In this document: positions 1 to 7,588 of the stretch, piece after piece
How positions within the stretch are numbered: position 1 is the stretch's first letter
Layout: every line of letters starts with the position of its first letter
Origin: an uncultured Eubacteriales bacterium
GTDB lineage: Bacteria > Bacillota > Clostridia > Lachnospirales > Lachnospiraceae
Reading direction: 5' to 3'
Assembly: GCA_900318695.1 (NCBI GenBank)
Contig: ONLM01000205.1
Span: forward strand, 1 to 51,401
DNA length: 51,401 nt
Program-made: the position numbers and the translations under genes
Notes under the pieces: generated by a model
Seen by the model: only the letters and a program-made list of their open reading frames with translations
Told to the model about the DNA's origin: nothing
Database searches by the model: none

Positions 1-3
1 AAT

Positions 4-50
4 AGAAAAAAGCCTTTAGAGATATGTAAAACTCTCTACGGGCTTTTTCT
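4..50. terminator. Intrinsic terminator-like hairpin, possibly bidirectional
   Basis: AAAAAGCC-TT-TAGAGA ... TCTCTA-CG-GGCTTTTT imperfect stem with A- and T-tracts on either side. Confidence 0.6.
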
Positions 51-97
51 TTATCCTCGGGGACATGTCAAAATGACAAACAGACATTACAAATGAT

Positions 98-135
98 ATA
101 TTTATTCGTTAAACTTGAGTTTTGCGAATAAATAT
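98..135. other. 38-bp imperfect palindrome, candidate dif-like site for the adjacent recombinase
   Basis: ATATTTATTCG-TT-AAACT-TG-AGTTT-TG-CGAATAAATAT: 11-bp perfect outer arms plus 5-bp inner arms, ending 126 bp before the recombinase ATG. Confidence 0.5.
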
Positions 136-168
136 GTGTCTTGAAATACACACTTTCCCAGCCAATTG

Positions 169-177
169 TGCTATACT
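169..177 (+). promoter_or_regulatory. Extended -10 element for the recombinase gene
   Basis: TG-C-TATACT; no convincing -35 at the expected spacing. Confidence 0.4.
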
Positions 178-261
178 TTTAAGGCATAATTTTAAAAAAT
201 AAACGATGAAAATCAAAATAATATTTAAATACTATATATATATTGGAGAACAAATAAATTT

Positions 262-1335
262 ATGGCATTACCCTATCATAAACAAATAGATCGAGATAAT
301 ACAAAAAAACTTCGTGCGCTGTTAAGCGAACTCCCGAATTTCTGCTCAGCCTATTTTCGCGGCATTGAATCCAGAACATCTTCCCGTACCAGAATTTCTT
401 ATGCGTATGATCTTCGTATTTTCTTTCAATTCCTGATCCGTACCAATCCGGCATTTAAAGATTACAGCCTACATGATTTTACTCTTGAGGATCTTGATCA
501 TCTCACAGTTCTGGATCTTGAAGAATATACCGATTATGTAAAATACCGGCAGGAAACCGACACCGATACCCAGGGGCATACAATCTCCCGCGATATCACA
601 AATTCCAGAGCCGCCATAAAACGAAAAATTGCGTCCTTACGGAGTTTTTATAAATATCTGTATAAAGATGGTTTAATCAAGCAGAATATCGCCGAATTGG
701 TAGATTTTCCACGTCTTACAGAAAAAGATATTATCCGACTTGATCCAAACGAAGTTGCCGATTTTCTGGACGAAGTAGAATCCGGCAGCGAATTAACAGC
801 ACGTCAGCAAAAATTCCATGACAAAACACAACTGCGCGATTCTGCCATAATGACCCTTTTGCTCGGAACCGGTATCCGTGTGTCAGAATGCGTGGGCTTA
901 AACATCCAAGACGTCGATTTCAACAACAACGGAATTCACATACACCGCAAAGGCGGCAAAGAAGTTACCGTATACTTCGGTGATGAAGTAGAAAATGCAT
1001 TAAGGCTCTATATCACCGCCAGAAAAAAAATCCTGGCACTCCCGGAATCTGAAGATGCTTTATTTCTCTCTTTGCGAAATCAACGAATCGGTGTACGTAC
1101 AATTGAAAATATGGTGAAAAAATATGCGCAAAACGTTACACCATATAAGCATATTACACCTCACAAATTACGGAGTACCTACGGAACCAATCTTTATCGT
1201 GAAACCGGCGATATTTATCTCGTTGCAGATGTGCTTGGACACAGTGACATCAACACCACGAAAAAACATTATGCCGCTCTCGAAGATGAACGTCGTCGCA
1301 GCGCAAGAAATAAGGTACATCTTCGTGAAGACTGA
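262..1335 (+). CDS. Tyrosine recombinase, XerC/XerS-like (357 aa)
   Basis: Catalytic motifs GIRVSE (R), RKGGK (K), HKLR, LGHS and terminal Tyr (KKHY); N-terminal SAM-like core-binding region; GGAG upstream. Confidence 0.92.
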   Translation: MALPYHKQIDRDNTKKLRALLSELPNFCSAYFRGIESRTSSRTRISYAYDLRIFFQFLIRTNPAFKDYSLHDFTLEDLDHLTVLDLEEYTDYVKYRQETDTDTQGHTISRDITNSRAAIKRKIASLRSFYKYLYKDGLIKQNIAELVDFPRLTEKDIIRLDPNEVADFLDEVESGSELTARQQKFHDKTQLRDSAIMTLLLGTGIRVSECVGLNIQDVDFNNNGIHIHRKGGKEVTVYFGDEVENALRLYITARKKILALPESEDALFLSLRNQRIGVRTIENMVKKYAQNVTPYKHITPHKLRSTYGTNLYRETGDIYLVADVLGHSDINTTKKHYAALEDERRRSARNKVHLRED

Positions 1336-1347
1336 AACTTATTATAG

Positions 1348-1749
1348 TTAAAACATTTTTTTATTATCGGATTTCCACTGTCCCGCTTCCATCAGTGCTT
1401 TTTTTCGATTATAAAGCGTCTTAACGGATATTTCTGCAAACGCAGCGGTTTCTTTCGTCGTATGTGTTTTCTGATACTCAAAGACCTGACCTACACTGAC
1501 CTTCGACGTTTTCTTTTTAAACCAGCCTGCACCACGGCTCCGGTGATGCTCATGAATGCCAACTTCCACATCGCATATACCTTTCCGTTCATTTAAAAAA
1601 TGGATATAGATTCCACAAGCTTCCAGTTTCTTCTTCAAATATTCAAAATCCCCCTTCAAATCTTCTACATTTTCTCCCTCCATGGGCATCATGCGAAGTT
1701 GATGGTAGATAATGTCATACCCAAACATATCCTTTCGCTTTTTTATCAT
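1348..1749 (-). CDS. Orphan 133-aa protein with C-terminal resolvase/Hin-like HTH
   Basis: RBS AGGAAGGA at 1758-1765; basic arm RSRGAGWFKKK followed by HTH-like TTKETAAFAEISVKTLYNRKK. Confidence 0.7.
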   Translation of the reverse strand: MIKKRKDMFGYDIIYHQLRMMPMEGENVEDLKGDFEYLKKKLEACGIYIHFLNERKGICDVEVGIHEHHRSRGAGWFKKKTSKVSVGQVFEYQKTHTTKETAAFAEISVKTLYNRKKALMEAGQWKSDNKKMF

Positions 1750-1811
1750 GATTACATTCCTTCCTGCCTTCTGTAAAACGGCAAAAACGATATTCAGATG
1801 AACTTTTTCGG

Positions 1812-1849
1812 GATCTTATCGGTAATTTTTAAATGTTACCGATAAGATC
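1812..1849. repeat. Palindrome A (26-bp core 1818-1843; 14-bp perfect arms)
   Basis: GATCTTATCGGTAA-TTTTTAAATG-TTACCGATAAGATC. Confidence 0.9.
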
Positions 1850-1875
1850 GTACTGTATATCACCAAAAAGGTCAA
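1847..1875 (-). promoter_or_regulatory. Predicted sigma-A promoter for the 133-aa HTH gene
   Basis: TTGACC (1875-1870) - 17 bp - TACGAT (1852-1847); the predicted start site falls inside palindrome A. Confidence 0.5.
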
Positions 1876-1951
1876 GATACTTTCCCGCCGATCGATCATG
1901 GTAAAATATAGTTCCGGTGTATCGTCCTTTTTCAGAATCTCCCCCATTGCG

Positions 1952-1977
1952 ATCGGCAACATTTAAATATTGCCGAT
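1952..1977. repeat. Palindrome B
   Basis: ATCGGCAA-CATTTAAATA-TTGCCGAT. Confidence 0.9.
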
Positions 1978-2102
1978 TCCGTTCCAATACATTACACTTT
2001 TCAATTTTCACTTCCTTTTCGCTCATCATTTCCCACTTTATGACCGGATTTCCATCCTATACGGTTTATACCACCACATAAGAATCTCTTTACGCGCCTC
2101 AT

Positions 2103-2128
2103 TTCGGTAACATTTAAATTTTACCGAT
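2103..2128. repeat. Palindrome C
   Basis: TTCGGTAA-CATTTAAATT-TTACCGAT. Confidence 0.9.
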
Positions 2129-2187
2129 GCATTAAGTGCACATAATAGGGCCATCTCCATTTTTCTTTTGCCGAAGCGAAAAGGCAC

Positions 2188-2212
2188 AAAAAAAGAAGGC
2201 CAGCGGCCTTCT
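2188..2212 (-). terminator. lexA intrinsic terminator
   Basis: AGAAGGCC-AGC-GGCCTTCT stem with an A-tract on the plus strand (U-tract on minus). Confidence 0.8.
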
Positions 2213-2258
2213 CTTCTTTACATTCTTAACTTGTCCATTCTCAAACCAATAGGATGAA

Positions 2259-2903
2259 TCAACGCATTCCCATTCGGATTAATCCAATGACCTTTCCAAG
2301 AATCTGACAATCCGGAACGATAATCGGATCCATAGTGTCATTTTCCGGTTGCAGCCGAATATGGCCATTCTCTTTATAGAAGCGTTTTACGGTGGCACTA
2401 TCTTCTACTAAAGCAACCACAATCTCACCATTACTGCATGTATTCTGCTGCTGAACGATAACCCGGTCTCCATTCAGAATACCGCAGTTAATCATAGACT
2501 CGCCCTTTACTGTAAGCATAAATACCTTTTTGTTCGGAAGCATGTCTACCGGAATCGGAAAATAATCCGTAACATTTTCTTCGGCTAAAAGAGGAAGTCC
2601 TGCTGCGACTGTACCAATCAGCGGAATCTGCGCCACTTCCCGTTCCGTCTGTGTTTGAAATTCTCTCGTCGTGATCTGAATCGCCCTTGGGTGTGCCGGA
2701 TCCTTACGAATCAGTCCCATCGCTTCCAAATCATTAATATAGGTAAATACACTGGACGTAGACTTTAATCCAACAGCAACACAAATATCCCGCACAGAAG
2801 GCGGATAATTGCGTTCCATAACACACTGCTTAATATAATCAAATACCGCCTGCTGTTTTGGCGTCATATGCTCAGGATCTGGCTGTTTTTTGTGTCTGCC
2901 CAT
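2259..2903 (-). CDS. lexA: SOS repressor LexA
   Basis: wHTH PPSVRDI...STSSV; cleavage site VAAG; catalytic Ser (GESM) and Lys (TVKR); LQPEN. Confidence 0.97.
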   Translation of the reverse strand: MGRHKKQPDPEHMTPKQQAVFDYIKQCVMERNYPPSVRDICVAVGLKSTSSVFTYINDLEAMGLIRKDPAHPRAIQITTREFQTQTEREVAQIPLIGTVAAGLPLLAEENVTDYFPIPVDMLPNKKVFMLTVKGESMINCGILNGDRVIVQQQNTCSNGEIVVALVEDSATVKRFYKENGHIRLQPENDTMDPIIVPDCQILGKVIGLIRMGMR

Positions 2904-3004
2904 GTCATCTCCTTATGGTCTTCTTGATAATTTTGCAAACTCTTTTTTCAATCGAGTCTTTCTTATTATACAAATATATAATTTTTCCTATATTATATAT
3001 CGAA

Positions 3005-3060
3005 ATTATAGCACAAATGTTTGACTTTTGTAAACAGTAACGCAAACATTTGTGCTATAA
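3005..3060. promoter_or_regulatory. lexA promoter with two inverted SOS-box-like sites
   Basis: Perfect 18-bp IR TTATAGCACAAATGTTTG (3006-3023) / CAAACATTTGTGCTATAA (3043-3060); each arm has AGCACAAATGTTTG, a 12/14 match to CGAACRNRYGTTYG; minus-strand TTTACA-18-TATAAT with TG extension. Confidence 0.75.
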
Positions 3061-3110
3061 AATACTTTTCTCTATCTACTTTTCACCAAAACAGCTCTGC
3101 ATGTTTTGTC

Positions 3111-3470
3111 TTACAGTTCTGCGATATCTACAACCTTTTTACCATCTGACCAGATTCTCTCCAGATCGTAGAATAATCTCTGCTCCTTGTCAAAGATATG
3201 AACAATAACATCATTAAAGTCCATTAAAATCCATCCGGATTCTGCAACGCCTTCCTTCTTACGAAGGTCAAAGCCTGCCTTAAACATCTTTTCTTCTACC
3301 GCATCGGTAAGCGCCTCTACCTGTCTTACGTTATCTGCTGTAGCAATTACAAAATAGTCTGCAATTACAGATACCTCTCCGATATCAAGAATAGAAATAT
3401 CTCTACCTTTGTGCTCATCCAAAGCTTCAAAGATCACTTTTACCATTTTCTTAGACTGATCATTCGCCAT
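3111..3470 (-). CDS. rsfS: Ribosome silencing factor RsfS
   Basis: KGRDI..LD...IADYFVIAT, WILMDFNDVIVHIF, FYDLERIW. Confidence 0.96.
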   Translation of the reverse strand: MANDQSKKMVKVIFEALDEHKGRDISILDIGEVSVIADYFVIATADNVRQVEALTDAVEEKMFKAGFDLRKKEGVAESGWILMDFNDVIVHIFDKEQRLFYDLERIWSDGKKVVDIAEL

Positions 3471-3472
3471 TA

Positions 3473-4111
3473 TTATTTTTCCTCCTGACGTCTATCAATT
3501 AACTGTTTATAATATGCGTATGTCTGCATCGTATCCTGACATACTGACTTGCCGCTTTTTTCAAGATAATCAATCGTATCCTTATTGATTTCATAAATAC
3601 ACTGATCTATGTCAGTAAACGCGAGCATACGAAGTTCCGGAAGGCGTTTGGCCTGATCTCTTCTTGCCTCAATATAGTCTGCCGTAAATACGATTTTTTC
3701 AAGCATCGACATGTCCGGCTTTCCCAAGGTATGATAATACACAGCAGATAACACCTCCTGATCCGTAACATGAAATGCCTGCCGCGCATAACTCGGTCCG
3801 TATATGGAATGGATTACCTGCGGCGACTGAATCAGTTCTTCCGTCAGATTCACTCCGTTTTCCCGGCATAATGTAATCAATTCATCATTCGAAAACTGCT
3901 TTGCACAGTCATGAATCAATCCGGCAATTTCTGCCTTTCTTATGCTGATTCCATAACGCATAGCCAGACATATACAAGTAAAGCTCACGCTTAGTGAATG
4001 CTCATATCGTCCAGGCTTCAAAATCTCCTGCAACTTACTACGATATTCCTGTACCAGATCCAGATAGTCTGCTGTTTCCATCTGATCATAGTCTACTGTA
4101 CTTTCACTCAT
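3473..4111 (-). CDS. yqeK: HD-domain Ap4A hydrolase YqeK
   Basis: RYEHS, HDCAK, YHT, ADYIE; located between nadD and rsfS. Confidence 0.92.
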   Translation of the reverse strand: MSESTVDYDQMETADYLDLVQEYRSKLQEILKPGRYEHSLSVSFTCICLAMRYGISIRKAEIAGLIHDCAKQFSNDELITLCRENGVNLTEELIQSPQVIHSIYGPSYARQAFHVTDQEVLSAVYYHTLGKPDMSMLEKIVFTADYIEARRDQAKRLPELRMLAFTDIDQCIYEINKDTIDYLEKSGKSVCQDTMQTYAYYKQLIDRRQEEK

Positions 4112-4746
4112 GCTTGTTCTTCCGGCTCCTTATATAGTCCATGTTCAATAATATATCGGTTTACTTCCACAGGCACATAAGCCGCAATGCTTTCTCCCCT
4201 TCGCACCATATCCCGAAGCTCTGTACTGGAAAGATCCATCTCCGGAAATGGTAAAACTCTTATATCTGCCTGATACTTTTCCATAAGGTACTCTGCCTGC
4301 TCACGCAATGAACGCGGCCGGTCCGCATATTCCCGATCCGCCACAGCAAGCGCTGCCAGCTTCATGATTCTCTCCGGATGGTACCAATGTTCTATCTGGT
4401 ACAACGAATCGGAACCAAGAATAAAGAAAAACCTTGCAAAGGGATATATTTCCTGAAGACGGGTTACCGTATCGGCGGTATAGGTTTCCCCCTGCCAATG
4501 TTGCTCAAAATCGGACATAATCATCCGATCTTTTTCCTGCAATGCCAGCTCTGTCATTCGACAGCGGATCTCACCCGACGTAACATTCCTTTTTTTCTTG
4601 AAGTAAGGATTTCCGGCCGGCATAAACCAGATTTCATCCAGCATCAGCTCCCGAAGGGCACATTCCCCCAATGCAATATGCGCATTATGGATAGGATCAA
4701 ACGTCCCACCCATAATGCCAATTCGTTTTTCTCCCTGTTCGGTCAT
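4108..4746 (-). CDS. nadD: Nicotinate-nucleotide adenylyltransferase
   Basis: GGTFDPIHNAH, FILGSDS, LSSTELR. Confidence 0.95.
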   Translation of the reverse strand: MTEQGEKRIGIMGGTFDPIHNAHIALGECALRELMLDEIWFMPAGNPYFKKKRNVTSGEIRCRMTELALQEKDRMIMSDFEQHWQGETYTADTVTRLQEIYPFARFFFILGSDSLYQIEHWYHPERIMKLAALAVADREYADRPRSLREQAEYLMEKYQADIRVLPFPEMDLSSTELRDMVRRGESIAAYVPVEVNRYIIEHGLYKEPEEQA

Positions 4747-4749
4747 GCA

Positions 4750-5199
4750 TCACGCCTCATCGTTATCAAACTCTTCATCTGCCTCTTCAACGACACGAAG
4801 AGTAAATCCCTTATGAGACGCTGCCTTTTTTGCCGCACCGATTTCCGACGCATGCTTCTTTTTAGCCTTCTCAGCCTTCTTTGCTTCTTCCTTAGTCATT
4901 TCATACTTTCGCTTTTTGAAATCCGCGTTTGGCTTGTATAAAACGATTTTTCGCCCAATAACCTGTACGACTTCCGACTGGGATCGGCCTGCCAATGTGT
5001 GCGCAATGATTTTTGGATCATCGTCACAGTTCTTCAGCACATTGATCTTGATCAGTTCATGCTTAAGAATATTTTCGCTAACCGCCTCAATAAATTCCGG
5101 TGTGAGAGAGTTCTTACCGATACTTAACACCGGATCCATGTTCATTGCAGCGCCCTTCAGCTGGGAACGCATCTTACTGTCTCTAATATACTTCTTCAT
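4750..5199 (-). CDS. yhbY: YhbY/CRM RNA-binding protein with C-terminal extension
   Basis: IGKNSLT, HELIKINVL, VVQVIGRKIVLY. Confidence 0.9.
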   Translation of the reverse strand: MKKYIRDSKMRSQLKGAAMNMDPVLSIGKNSLTPEFIEAVSENILKHELIKINVLKNCDDDPKIIAHTLAGRSQSEVVQVIGRKIVLYKPNADFKKRKYEMTKEEAKKAEKAKKKHASEIGAAKKAASHKGFTLRVVEEADEEFDNDEA

Positions 5200-6575
5200 T
5201 ATTCGTTATCCTCTTCCTGACCGTTCATATCAAAGTCTCTATCGATACCATCTTCCAAATCGCCTTCGTCATAGCTCTCTGTATCATAATACTCAAATGT
5301 ATGACCATAAACACGAATGGTATCGCCTTCCTGCATGCCCATTCTCTTGAGCTTTCTCAGGATACCCTGCTCCTGCATGAACCGCTGGAAGAATTCAAAT
5401 CCCTTTTCCGCCTGAAGATTGGTGTAACCAAGCATCTTCTCAATCTTTGTACCCTCAACGCTGAACGTTTCCGCATCAAGACGCTTAATGTCTACCGCGA
5501 GCTGTTCCTTATGGCCAAGCATGTCAAGATCTACTTCGCTCTCATAGACTTCGGTTTTCTCTGCCCCCGCAGCCTCAACATATGTCCATACCGCCTCCAG
5601 TAACTCTCGAAGACCGGTATTGGTGGCTGCAGAAATCGGGAATACCTTAATTCCCTGTGGCTCATATTTTTCCTTGATTCTGGTTACAGCATTATCCGTG
5701 CCCTGTTCCTCAATGATCAAATCGGTCTTGTTGCACGCAATGATCATTGGCTTTTTCATAATGGAAGGATCATATTTGCTGATTTCCGCATTGATGGTCT
5801 CAATATCCTCGATTGGATCTCTGCCCTCGGAACCTGCCGCATCAACAACATGTACCAAAACCTTACAACGTTCAATATGACGCAAAAACTCGTGTCCCAG
5901 ACCTACACCCTCGGATGCACCCTCAATAAGTCCCGGAATATCCGCCATTACAAAAGAGCGATCACCCTTAAGTCCTACAACACCAAGATGTGGCGTAATT
6001 GTTGTGAAATGATAATTTGCAATCTCAGGACGTGCATTGGAACACATTGACAGAAGTGTAGACTTTCCTACATTAGGAAGTCCTACAAGACCGGCATCCG
6101 CAATAACACGAAGTTCCATCTGTACCCAGATTTCTCTGGCATCCTGACCTGGCTGTGCAAACTTAGGTGCCTGCATTGCCGGCGTTGCAAAATGCATATT
6201 GCCAAGGCCGCCTTTACCGCCTTTTAACAAAACCATACGCTGGTTATCGCCGGACATATCCGCAATGATTTTTTTCGTTTCAAAATCTCGAAGAATGGTT
6301 CCCTCCGGAACATGAACAACCAGATCCTTACCACTCTTACCATGCATTCTCTTTCCGTCGCCTTCCTGGCCGGACTCTGCAATATACTTCTGACGATTAC
6401 GGAAATCCTCAAGGGTATTCATGCCCTTATCCACTTCAAGGATAATGTCTCCGCCTTTACCGCCGTCTCCTCCATCCGGACCACCGGCTGGAACATATAA
6501 TTCACGTCGGAAGGATACATGGCCATTTCCGCCTTTACCACTTTTAAAGAAAACCTTTGCAACGTCTGCAAACAT
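5199..6575 (-). CDS. obgE: GTPase ObgE/CgtA
   Basis: Gly-rich Obg fold GGPDGGDGGKGG; GLPNVGKST, DIPG, NKTD; OCT domain. Confidence 0.98.
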   Translation of the reverse strand: MFADVAKVFFKSGKGGNGHVSFRRELYVPAGGPDGGDGGKGGDIILEVDKGMNTLEDFRNRQKYIAESGQEGDGKRMHGKSGKDLVVHVPEGTILRDFETKKIIADMSGDNQRMVLLKGGKGGLGNMHFATPAMQAPKFAQPGQDAREIWVQMELRVIADAGLVGLPNVGKSTLLSMCSNARPEIANYHFTTITPHLGVVGLKGDRSFVMADIPGLIEGASEGVGLGHEFLRHIERCKVLVHVVDAAGSEGRDPIEDIETINAEISKYDPSIMKKPMIIACNKTDLIIEEQGTDNAVTRIKEKYEPQGIKVFPISAATNTGLRELLEAVWTYVEAAGAEKTEVYESEVDLDMLGHKEQLAVDIKRLDAETFSVEGTKIEKMLGYTNLQAEKGFEFFQRFMQEQGILRKLKRMGMQEGDTIRVYGHTFEYYDTESYDEGDLEDGIDRDFDMNGQEEDNE

Positions 6576-6767
6576 AGAATTTATTCTCCTTTCCCGGCAG
6601 ATATCCCCGTGCCTGACCTCAGAAATCGGGCGCTAATCTCCGGAGAGCAATACTGATACAACGTTATTATATCAGAACATAGTTTAGAGGAAATGACTTC
6701 TTATGCTTTTCCCAAAATCATTTCCTCAATTTACAAAGAAGTGCGAGACCGTAACTCTACACTTTAC

Positions 6768-6807
6768 AATAAAAGCCCTATACCGAAAAACGGTACAGGG
6801 CTTTATT
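6768..6807 (-). terminator. Terminator after rpmA
   Basis: AAAAGCCCTATACCG-AAAAA-CGGTACAGGGCTTT. Confidence 0.8.
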
Positions 6808-6822
6808 AACTGGATCTACTGA

Positions 6823-7086
6823 TTACTCAGCCTCTCTAGGCATAACAGAAACCTGCTTCTTGTCTCTTCCAAGGCGGGAGAACTTAACAACTCCGTCAAC
6901 CTTTGCAAAAAGAGTGTAATCATTACCAAGGCCTACATTCAGACCCGGGTGGATTCTTGTTCCGTTCTGCTTGTAAAGAATGTTGCCGGCCTTAACAAAC
7001 TGACCGTCAGCTCTCTTTTGACCAAGTCTTTTCGATTCGGAATCTCTACCGTTCTTGGTAGAGCCCATACCCTTATGATGAGCCAT
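6823..7086 (-). CDS. rpmA: 50S ribosomal protein L27, short form
   Basis: [22 protein letters not shown]; GGAGG 6 nt upstream of the ATG. Confidence 0.98.
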   Translation of the reverse strand: MAHHKGMGSTKNGRDSESKRLGQKRADGQFVKAGNILYKQNGTRIHPGLNVGLGNDYTLFAKVDGVVKFSRLGRDKKQVSVMPREAE

Positions 7087-7118
7087 GATTTTCCTCCATT
7101 CAAAATTACATTAAATTA

Positions 7119-7424
7119 TTAGCCGATAGAATCGATCTTTACTTCTGTAAAGAGCTGTCTGTGACCATTCTTCTTATGGTATCCAGACTTTCTCTTGTAC
7201 TTGTAAACGATGACCTTCTTAGCCTTGCCATTCTTAGTAACTGTGGCTGAAACCTTAGCGCCATCAACGACTGGTGTACCAACCTTCATAGCGCCATCAT
7301 TAAGAACAAGCACCTGATCGAAAGTAACCTTGTCGCCTTCCTTTACATCAAGTTTCTCAACTCTAATGATATCGCCTTCGCTTACCTTGTACTGCTTACC
7401 ACCTGTAAGGATTACTGCATACAT
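7119..7424 (-). CDS. rplU: 50S ribosomal protein L21
   Basis: [14 protein letters not shown] ... GHRQLFT; start moved to 7424 using homology and the GGAGG RBS. Confidence 0.98.
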   Translation of the reverse strand: MYAVILTGGKQYKVSEGDIIRVEKLDVKEGDKVTFDQVLVLNDGAMKVGTPVVDGAKVSATVTKNGKAKKVIVYKYKRKSGYHKKNGHRQLFTEVKIDSIG

Positions 7425-7449
7425 TTTACGAGGGTCCTCCTTTTTATCA

Positions 7450-7510
7450 TTACTCGCTGGCTTCGGTGGTGACACAATGTCACACTTGTACCTCGTCAAG
7501 CGGCATACGT
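7450..7510 (-). ncRNA. L21 ribosomal protein leader (cis-regulatory)
   Basis: Minus strand GTATGCCGC...GAGGT...GTGACA/TGTCAC hairpin...GCGAGT in the rplU 5' UTR, recalling the L21_leader pattern; not confirmed with a covariance model. Confidence 0.65.
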
Positions 7511-7514
7511 ATGT

Positions 7515-7543
7515 AATTTACTCTGCACTCTCTAAAAAGTCAA
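7515..7543 (-). promoter_or_regulatory. rplU-rpmA promoter
   Basis: TTGACT-17-TAAATT. Confidence 0.6.
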
Positions 7544-7588
7544 TAGTTCTGAAAAAAATTTTGTGCAATGTTTCAGTTCTCATTAAAA

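Noticed and set aside
222-231. TATTTAAATA dyad sharing the ATTTAAAT core of the islet palindromes
   Set aside because: It lacks the TCGGYAA arms and is expected by chance in AT-rich intergenic DNA.
262-1335. Recombinase as a prophage or ICE integrase
   Set aside because: There are no phage or conjugation genes and no flanking att direct repeats in the window. The lexA-linked position fits a housekeeping Xer.
1829-2029. 66-aa minus-strand ORF in the islet
   Set aside because: It runs through palindromes A and B and the predicted promoter, and has no recognisable motif. It is probably spurious, though not excluded.
1812-2128. The three palindromes as a mini CRISPR array
   Set aside because: The intervening DNA (108 and 125 bp between cores) is too long, orientation is mixed, and there are no cas genes in the window.
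6674-6686. GAAC-ATA-GTTT as an SOS box upstream of obgE
   Set aside because: The spacer is 3 bp rather than 4.
7425-7499. 25-aa N-terminal extension of L21 in the ORF track
   Set aside because: It overlaps the RBS and leader RNA; homology starts at the Met at 7424.
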